From Octopus vulgaris (Eukaryota): a DNA stretch of 64,000 nt. Under the pieces are notes generated by a model. It was given only the letters and a program-made list of their open reading frames with translations, did no database searches and was not told the DNA's origin. Shown in pieces: positions 54,183 to 64,000 of this stretch. Position 1 is the stretch's first letter, and every line of letters starts with the position of its first letter. Both the position numbers and the translations under genes were made by a program. Location: contig OX597816.1 in the NCBI GenBank assembly GCA_951406725.2, positions 30,380,001-30,444,000 on the forward strand, in the 5' to 3' direction.

Positions 54183-56385
54183 GAAAGTGGTAGGAATGGC
54201 TTCAGTCAAGTTTCAATATGATAAAGAAGGCAGCAAAAGAAAAAAAAAACAAAAAAAAAACACAAACAGCTATAAGTAACGACGTCCATTTAAAATTTCT
54301 AGACTCGGATTAAGTTGTCAGAAAGAATCCAAGAGAATATTTATGTCAGATCCTCCAAGAACGTTTTAGACTGTGTGACTATGTGTATTTGTCTGTATGT
54401 TTATTTGTTACTGTGGAAGCTGCATTGGATATGAGTTGGTCGTCGCTAATATATATTTAAAGTCCGATCGATTATATATGCTATTTGAAGTTGAAAGAAG
54501 TCAAGTGAAGCCAATTGAAGCTTTAAGAATGTCCGAGTTGTATGAAATGAATACGTAAACATATATACATACACACGTAGATACACTGATGTTTTGGATG
54601 TATCCGCGTATAAAAAGTTGTATCTATATGTATATAGATATCAGCAAGTAAACACACAGAAGAGAAAAATAAACATAATCAAAACTCAGAGTTGGGCGGG
54701 TACATTCAGCTTTGAATAACTGAATACATGCATGGGCACACACACACGCTGGTACACACACAGATACACATATACTTAACATATTTGAGTATGCATACAT
54801 TCACGTATATATATAGAGGATGAGGTTGAAAAATCTTACATATTCCACACGGCCAAACGTGGAGAGTCACCGCTTAGTGCTACCAGTAATTAAATGATGG
54901 CAGGAATATCCTAAGAGAGACAATATCTCTTATTGGCTCGCATCGGGATCTATCCGGTTTCTGTGATTGAGGAAGGGATAACCACTCCAAAATGCTTGCA
55001 TCTCACAGCCTGGTAAGACCGTATTGCAAGCTGGTTTTCGCATATTTCCACCATTTGTCTAAATCGAGAAATTTTCTCTATGACAAAACATAGTGAGTGG
55101 GTTTCTTACGGGTTCGAATATGCTCCTAGCATATTTGAACTGGTAAATAAGTGTATTTTAAACATTTACGAGTTTTTTGAAATTTAAGTGCATTTTCAGC
55201 AACACATTTTCCTATATATTTTTTCCTGTGTGGAAACACCACTCCCTCTTTTCTAACGCCATTACTTCCGGCTTGGCATCTCAACAACAAACATGCAATA
55301 GTGAGAAATGGCAATGTATAATATATTCAATTAATTATTCTGCAAAGAGATCTATTCTAGCGGCGTTCCATAAATTTGGCGCTCTCTTGGGTTTCGTTAT
55401 GTTTTCAACACTATTTCTTCTGCATATTAAACATCTCGCTTTCAGTTCTAATCCCGTACATTAATATACAGATCATGAACCATTTCACTACTCTATTCCA
55501 TTTCCTAAAACGCGCATTATCCATATTCAAATTCACATAACACTTGGATCATTTCCATGAGCGGGGATCTTTTAAAAATCCTTCAAGATTTTAAAAAAAC
55601 ATTCTTAAGTGAAGACATGGCAACCTGGACTTCTACAAAAACACAGAAACTCATTTAGTACTTTATCCTTACAGGCGAAAAATTTATAAACTTTGAAACA
55701 ACGAGGAATAATTCCTTTTTGGAACAGTAAAACTTGAAGCAAATAAAACTGTAAGACTAAAGTATCTAAAATGGATAGAGAATTTCGAAGAAATGCTTTG
55801 GCTAATGGCAGAACATGTAACATATTTACAGATGTAGTTTCGAATCCTAAGGGCCGATTTCCACTTTTTCTGTCCAAAATGTGTCTTTACTCAATATTTA
55901 TATCCCAATATTTGTCTCACTTTCATCCAACGCCTCTTTATTATTATCTCCCTTTCATTCAACCTCTTCTTTTCCATTCATTCGTCATGCTGGGCCTCTG
56001 AACTCAACATGTTTTGTTTTCATTCTCTGTCTATTTATTCCCTCTTATTCCTTTCTGTCGAGAGCATAGGCTCGAAACGTAAAAAAACTTTTCCATTACA
56101 GTCAATTCAAGGATGTCAGGTCCTCATTAAGGATTAAATAATCCAAAAATTTCACTGGTTAATCATTATTATACAAGAAGAAACTCTTGGCGATATGTTA
56201 GGTATTATTATAGTAATATATATTGTTAATAATGATGAAAGGAAGAAAATGGAGAATTATGGATGTATAAATAATTTATTTGTATGATATAATGAGGTTG
56301 TAAGTTTTTTTATAAAAACAATACAAACAAGTTATGAACTATAAAGCTAAATATCTATAATCCTCCATGTTCTTCCTTTCATCAT

Positions 56386-56416
<31 letters not shown>

Positions 56417-56990
56417 ATAATGATAATAATAATAATAGTAACAGTAATAATAATAATAATAATTATAACAATCTGATCTTAACTGATTGGAAGTGTTATC
56501 ATGTACATTGTTTTGTCTTGGTATAAAAGATGGGCTACAGCAAATATTCTGCTCAATACCACAGATTTGCTTGTCAGTTGTTTGACCTTAACCAGTTGAG
56601 CATGTCCCTTAGAGGCTGACGATATGTGCATCTCTGATCACTAGCAGAAGTAGTTGGGGAGCATCATGGCCATGTGTTGGGGGGGGATTCTTTGGGGTTT
56701 GAATAATTCACCTCTGGAAACATGGGTGGTTCTTTCAACATCCTTAAACAACCCTTATTCATAGACCGTTTGAGCGGGATGGGCTACTCAACCTGAAGAA
56801 AATTCTAACTGGGCCACACCTGCAAGGTCATGTGCTGTTTATCTTGATATGAGATCACCATGTCGCGCACATATGGTTGTGATGCATGTGCCTGGTGTAC
56901 CCTTATCAGACGGGTAGTCATGATGGGTATATTGGGCTTCGTATATTTTACCCCAGTGTCACTTTGATGGCATGCACTGCTCTCTCACTC

Positions 56991-57034
<44 letters not shown>

Positions 57035-57094
57035 TAATTAATGACAACAAAAGAATGAGACCTCAATATTAGGTAAATAGAGGATTATTTATAT

Positions 57095-57245
57095 ATGCAT
57101 AATTTAGGATAAACAGTAAGTTGTCATTATAGTACTCGGAGTTTCGAATGTCGGAGCCGAAGAGAATGCATCGTAGCTCTTCGCTCCGACATTCGAAACT
57201 CCGAGTACTCTAATGACGACTTACTGTTTGTCCGAAATTATATAT
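57095..57245 (+). mobile_element. Fold-back element containing an HHR (57153-57211)
   Basis: Arms about 57098-57164 and 57177-57243; GGAG-CCGAAGA-GAATG(21 nt)CATTC-GAAA-CTC(C)GAG-T-A-CTCT. Confidence 0.7.
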
Positions 57246-57838
57246 ATATATATTTTTCTGTGTTCCTTTGTGTTGAAGAGCGTAAGCTCGAAAAATACAT
57301 CTGTTTGTTGTTTATACACCCGTCTTCGTCTTTTGTATTTTTTGTAAATTCTCACTATATATAAATGGATGAATGAATTATCCTTTGTTTACCGTTAACA
57401 TGTAAAATTCAATAAACAGTTACCAGGGTAGCAAAATTCACGCAAGTAACACGGATGAAGTGACCTATTCTAAGGTAAAAGCTCTGGGTTAATGTACAGT
57501 AATTTGTGTAGTATAAGTAAATATTTGTTCAACCAACGTATCCCTCTTTATTTGTTCTCTACTTATTATTTCTTTAACCCTTCTCTTTCTAGTATCTGCT
57601 TTTGACGTCGAATCTACTAACGGTTTTAAAAAAATACTTAATAACGTTCTGTTTATCATGTTGGCAGTCTTCGTAATTGTTATACTGTCTTGTTGTTGGA
57701 TAGGCTCACTTTCTTTACTGATGAGAAGATTGCATTTTACACCGTTTATTCCTTTGGAATAAAACCAATGTTGTCTTCGAAACATATGTCGAAAGTAAAA
57801 GAATTTTAATTACATCTTCGTTTAACTCCATTTATTTA

Positions 57839-57883
<45 letters not shown>

Positions 57884-58804
57884 ATGTATGTATGTATGTA
57901 TGTATGTATGTATGTATGTATGTATGTATGTATGTATGTATGTATGTATGTATCTCTCTCTCTCTATATATATATATATATAAATATAAATATATATATA
58001 TACGTATGTATGCATGCATGAATACACGCAGACATAGATAAACATAGATAATGTTAATTGGTGGCTGTTTACCTCGAAGTTTTGCAGTTAAACAGCTTCT
58101 TTCGAGCGAAACTTCTAAGTCAACAATCACTTTCAGTATTAAATATTATTTAGATTCTATGAACAGTATTTTAGTCATTCATTCTGTGCATGTCTTTCAA
58201 TCACACAAACCTGTGAAACACACGCAAGCACACACACACATACACTCACACAAACAAAGAAATATAATATTTAGCCAGTTCATTTAGCTCATTTCCTCCT
58301 CTGGACAAAGCATCCATTTGATGTGCAAGCAAAATATAAATTACGGCGAACGGTTGTTGTGACCAACAAAGACGTCTGCCAAGTGAAAACCGTGAGAATT
58401 ACATTCATCAGCACAAAAGACGAAACATTGACCGAAGTAGTTTTCGTTTCTTCGGACACTTGCAAACCTATTAACGTCCAACACATTTAAATACTTATTT
58501 CCTCTCTACTCCGCTCTCTCTCTCTCTTTTTTTAAAATTCTTTCAGAGAATAAAACCAAAAACTGATATAGTTTTGTTTGGTTTCCACGTAGGATGGTAT
58601 CGATTAGGTCTGACTAAGTTAATAATGCTTCAACCAACTAAGCAAATTAAAAAATAAAGAAAACACACAATATTTATCCAGGTGATCGATGTGATGTGTA
58701 GCGGGAACAGGAAAATAGAGTCATATCTTAAAATAACACTATTAAGATGCCTTCACTTTTAAAAATGTTGTCAATGGAGTGTTGCAACATCAACAATAGC
58801 AACA

Positions 58805-59280
58805 ATACATAATACATACATACATACCTGCATACATACAGACATACATACATACATACATAAATACATACATACATACATACATACATACATACATACA
58901 TACATACATACATACATACATACAGACATACATACATACATACATACATACATACATACATACATGCATACATACATACATACATACATACCTGCATACA
59001 TACATACATAATACATACATACATACATCCATCCATCCATCCATCCATCCATACATACATACATACATAATACATACATCCATCCATCTATCCATCCATC
59101 CATACATACATACATTCATACATACATACATGCATACATACATACATACATACATACATCCATCCATCCATCCCTCCATACATACATACATACATACATT
59201 CATACATACATACATACATGCATACATACATACATACATACATACATACATGCATACATCCATCCATCCATCCATCCATC

Positions 59281-59312
<32 letters not shown>

Positions 59313-59455
59313 CATACATACATACATACATACATAAATACATCCATCCATCCATCCATCCATCCATCCATCCATACATACATACATACATACATACATA
59401 CATACATACATACATACATACATACATACATACATACATGCATACATACATACAT
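58805..59455. repeat. (CATA)n/(CATC)n tetranucleotide array
   Basis: Seen directly. Confidence 0.95.
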
Positions 59456-59658
59456 TATGTGTTTATAAAACATACACACACATATGTATGTATAGGGCGC
59501 ATGCTTGGCTCTGTGGTAAGAGGTCTGCGTCTCATCCACTTGGTTCCGGATTCAGTTTCACGGCGTGGCGCCTAGCGCAAGTCTCCTCAGCTATAGTCTC
59601 GGCCCGACCAAATCCTTGGATTTGGTAGATGGAAAATAAAAGAAGTATGTATGTATGC

Positions 59659-59733
<75 letters not shown>

Positions 59734-61463
59734 CACCTCATATGTGTGTGTGTGTATTTGTGTGTGTGTTGTGAATGTGTGTGTCTGTGTGTCTTTGGGT
59801 CTATGTTTATCCCCCGCCCATCGCTTGACAAACGGTCTCAGTGTGTTTGCGTCCTCGTAACTTACCGGTTCGGCAAAGAGATCGATAGAATAAGCACCAG
59901 GCTTTAAAAAACGGTGGTCCAGTATGACCACACTGTAATGACTGAAGCAGGTAAAAGATAAACTACCTATTAAAAGATAAACTACCTATTCCAGATAATC
60001 TGGAAATGTAATGAACTAACGCAACGAGTTAAGAATATTGGCTTCAAATTTTGGCACAAGGCCAATAACTTCGACCCCAATACTCAACTGGTACTTATTT
60101 TATCAACTCCAAAAGGACGAAAGACAAAGTCGACCTCGGCAGAATTTGAACTCAGAACGTAAAGACGGGCGAAATGCCCCAAAGCATTTTGCGCGGCTTA
60201 CTAACAGTTCTAGAAGCTCATCGCCTTAAACGAGTTAAGAAGTATTAATCACATACACAGACACACGGACGGACACACACACACGCACACACACACATAC
60301 ACACGGACACAGACCCACACATGGACACAGGCCCACACACAGATACACACTTTTACACACACACAGGCACAAACACAAACATGCACAGACGCACACAAAC
60401 AAACATACACACACAAACAAACATATTGATACTTTACGCACTGATCACATAATTTATATGTAAGTGCGTATATGCTTTAACACACTTTCTTACATAGCTA
60501 ATTTAAAAAGAAAAACTGGAGTACATAGATTTAACCATCGAAAATCATATATACCATGAAGCTTGCATGGATGTGCTCCAGCCATCAAATCTTTTGTTTT
60601 GTTATTTGAAAGCGATAAAAGAATTAACACTTTACCTGGTGTAACGAAACTGTAGCAAAGGTCATCTCCTAGCTATCGAGAAATATATGCAAATGAGCGA
60701 CTGAATAAACAACCGTGGGAATGATTTAAGTAAACGAGGGGAATCAACAAGCGAAGGAATGATCGATTGATCGAGAGAATGATCGAATAAACGAATGATT
60801 GAATGCAATGATAATATTTATAGAACGCTCCGATCACTTAATATGAAAAATAGCCTTAACAATTGTGCAGTGAAAACATATTAAGCCAGAAGTGGATAGG
60901 ATGTGAAGGGACATTGGCTGAGCGGAGTGTAGGTAAATGCAATTAACTCACTAGGTAAAAGAGACGAAAGAGATGAAATATCAGAATAATAGACACTTGA
61001 TATGATATTTGAATAAATTGATCCAGATTGACGCTTGGAGATGATCATGAGAAAAGACACGCGTGCCTTTATTTGCGAAATATGAAGGAAGAATGCCCTT
61101 TTACTCTATCCGTACTTCTAAAATGATGTTATACATTCAATGGAAGTGGTAGTAAGTTCCTTAATATGAAGGAAATTTAATATAGCAACAGTATTAAAGC
61201 TATGAAAGCAATTAATTATATAACATTAATAGAATTTTGAATGATATCCTTCGATCAATATTGAGCTTCAGAAGTGTTGCATCGCAATACTTGATATCCC
61301 CATGCTTTGGCATATCTGATATCAGATATAATGTAATATCTCGACGCAGTATAATTTATTGATGTCTCATCTGTCTGTAAAGAAATATACATAGATGCAT
61401 ACATAGATGTATATATATTATATATTATGCTCACACACACACACATATATATATACGCACAAA

Positions 61464-61502
<39 letters not shown>

Positions 61503-61608
61503 TACATGTATATTACATATGTATATATATATATTATGTGTATGTATATATATATATATATATGTACATACATACATACACAGACACACTCATATATATA
61601 TATATATT

Positions 61609-61674
<66 letters not shown>

Positions 61675-62193
61675 ATATATGTATGTATTTATAGTCAGGT
61701 GTATTCAATAGTTTAGAAATTAGGTGCGCCTAAGGATTCCTTGGTCATGCAGAAAGAAGAAGAAGAAAAACAGAAATTCTTGTCATATTTCGTGATTGAG
61801 AAAGCATTTACTATAACTCAGATTGATTTCAAACTTTGGAACAGGGCAACATATTTACATGGGAAAGTGTAGCCGATTAGATGGACTTCCAAGAAATTAC
61901 TGCTGCGTATTGTATCGATACTGGAAGATCCTGAAAGGTAAATCAGTCCCTGTGGTGTTTGAATTCAAGCCATTATGGTATGTAATTAAATATCGCAGAG
62001 CGTTTTTCTCAACCGCTCTGCCAGTTGTGATAATTTTCTTTTCTAACAGCAAAAAAAAAAAAAAATATTGATATTGTAAATCATTAGCGACTGAAAATGA
62101 TAACCTATATAATTGCCATAGAAACCAAGCATCACACTTCACCAGTTTAAAGTTCTGCAGAAACGCCAAGGAGTTAGTAATGGAGCTTTAGAT

Positions 62194-62470
62194 CAGTGGT
62201 TCTCAATAGGGGTTCATATGACCCACAGGAGTTCATATAACATTTTTTTGTTGGTTGGGCTAGTAAAATAGTAAACTGGAAATCTACTGTAGTATTTTAA
62301 GGTCCATGGAAAGTTTTGAGTTAAATGTATCTATTACAAGAAACAGGTTTTTTTTAAAAAAAATTTACATAGTTCAACCTATATAAGTGAATGAGTGTAT
62401 CACAAAATAGGAATTTTGAAAGCAGTAAACAAAAGGGTCCATGGGTAAAAGATATGGTTGAGAACCACTA
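62194..62470. mobile_element. hAT (Charlie-like) MITE
   Basis: TIRs cagtggttctcaa and ttgagaaccacta; imperfect 8-bp TSD ctttagat/ccctagat. Confidence 0.8.
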
Positions 62471-62480
62471 CCCTAGATAG

Positions 62481-62789
62481 GTGGAGGCACATGGCCTAGT
62501 GGTTAGAGTAGCGGACTCGCGGTCGAGGGATCGCGGGTTCGAATCTCAGACCGGGCGATGTGTGTGTTTATGAGCGAAACACCTAAGCTCCACGCAGCTC
62601 CGGCAGAAGGTAATGGTGAACTTCTGCTGACTCTTTTGCCACAACTTTCTCTCACTCTTTCCTCCATCTTGCAGCTCACTTGCGACGGACTGGCGTCCCG
62701 TCCAGGTGGGAACCTGTACTCCAAAGAAACCGGGAAACCGGCCCTTATGAGCCAGACATGGCTCGAGAAGGAAAAAAAAAACCCCAAAA
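62481..62789 (+). mobile_element. tRNA-derived SINE (family E-like)
   Basis: A/B boxes and A-rich tail; flanking direct repeat aaccactac(c/t)ctagat at 62463-62478 and 62790-62805. Confidence 0.8.
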
Positions 62790-64000
62790 AACCACTACTC
62801 TAGATGGTTACTGGAACCGCAAGAAATGACAACTAAATTTCCCTCAAATCATACTCTAGCGGGAAGAATACATAATAAATAATGTGATAGCGAGGGTTGA
62901 ACCACCTATGATCATAGTTCCACTCGGTCACGGCTGACCAGGAACTAAGCGGCATCTAAAGCCGTAGAAGACAAAAAATCTTGGACACAGTTATCAAAGC
63001 ATTCTGTTTTCAGTTTTTCTTTAGAAAAAAGAAGTTCAGTACTTGTGGACCTTTTCAAGATCTCCGTGACGGATAGAGGAAGGGAGGAAGTTGCTCTCGG
63101 GTCTGAACCATAGTATAAATGCTCACAACAGCCATGTGGTGGTGTTAAACAAGGCTACCGATTAAATCTGTTACACATGAAACTGATACAGTATATTCAA
63201 GAGGCTTCCAAACAGGTTCTGTTGACAAAGTTTTATTCAAAGCTTTGGTCGACCTAAAACTTCGGTAGAAAACACTTGCTCAAGGTACTACAAGAGGGGA
63301 CCGAACTTAGAGCTACGTGATGACTATACTACATATTAATACTTACGCCAAGTTTGTTCTTACGAAGCGATGGAAGGTAGTTACTAGTATATTATTTGGT
63401 CTTCATTAGATAACTAGGTGCTTTCAGAACCTACTCTGGATTTCCAATTTACTATTTTGCTAACGTGGAACCCAAGTCAGCAAAAAAGTTTTATATGCCC
63501 CCACTTCCGGGCAAATCAGTGCACTGGACCCTACAGTATTTATTTATTGATAGCAAGCTGCAGCATATCTAGTTCATCCCCAACCCCCAGATACGTGGAT
63601 CCCTGAGCAACTGCCCAGTGTATTCATGTTTTAAGACAGCCCTGAGTGCTTTGTTATACAGTATACCATACTGAAAAGTAACTGAAATGAAATATTGATT
63701 TCAAATTTTGGCGCAAGGCCAGCTATTTAAGGAGAGAGGCTAAGTCGATTGCATCGATCTTCAGTACTCAACTGGTACTTATTCTATCGACTCTGAAAGG
63801 ATGAATGGCAAAGTCGACGCCGGAGGAATTTGAACTCAGTACGTAAAGGCGGACGAAATGCCGACAGGCGTTGTGCCCGGCGTGCTAATGATTCTTATTT
63901 CTTTATTGCCCGCAAGAGGCTAAACATAGAAGGGACAAACAAAAACAGACAAAGGGATTAAGTCGATTACACCAAGCACAGTGCGTAACTGGTACTTATT

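Noticed and set aside
57718-57745. CTGATGA matches here and near 58405-58411(-), 37646-37652(-) and 42902-42908(-)
   Set aside because: No stem II-GAAA or pairing stems at the right spacing; chance core matches
62481-62555. tRNA gene-like sequence (also near 4832 and 46071)
   Set aside because: SINE heads with body, tail and TSD; no complete cloverleaf

Overview
AT-rich, microsatellite- and SINE-dense animal genomic DNA; the repeat families and gene content point to an octopus/coleoid cephalopod (inference). Almost all ORFs in the supplied track are microsatellite or SINE artefacts. The one well-supported gene is the 3' half of a START-domain sterol-transfer gene (STARD5-like, + strand, exons 19444-19558, 23681-23774, 25220-25385); I could not find its 5' exons in the window. 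The rest is tRNA-derived SINEs, RTE/CR1 LINE remnants, mariner/piggyBac/hAT MITEs, Helentron-like elements and a U6 retrocopy fused to a SINE. The most striking hidden signal is about 15 minimal type-I hammerhead ribozyme (HHR) motifs from about 9 sequence families. They lie in tandem or fold-back Penelope pLTR/retrozyme-like units and carry palindromic stem III segments and recurrent non-canonical cores (U3-A8, U4C, A6U). A decayed Penelope-type reverse transcriptase lies in the STARD5 intron. All structures were folded by eye and repeat boundaries are approximate.
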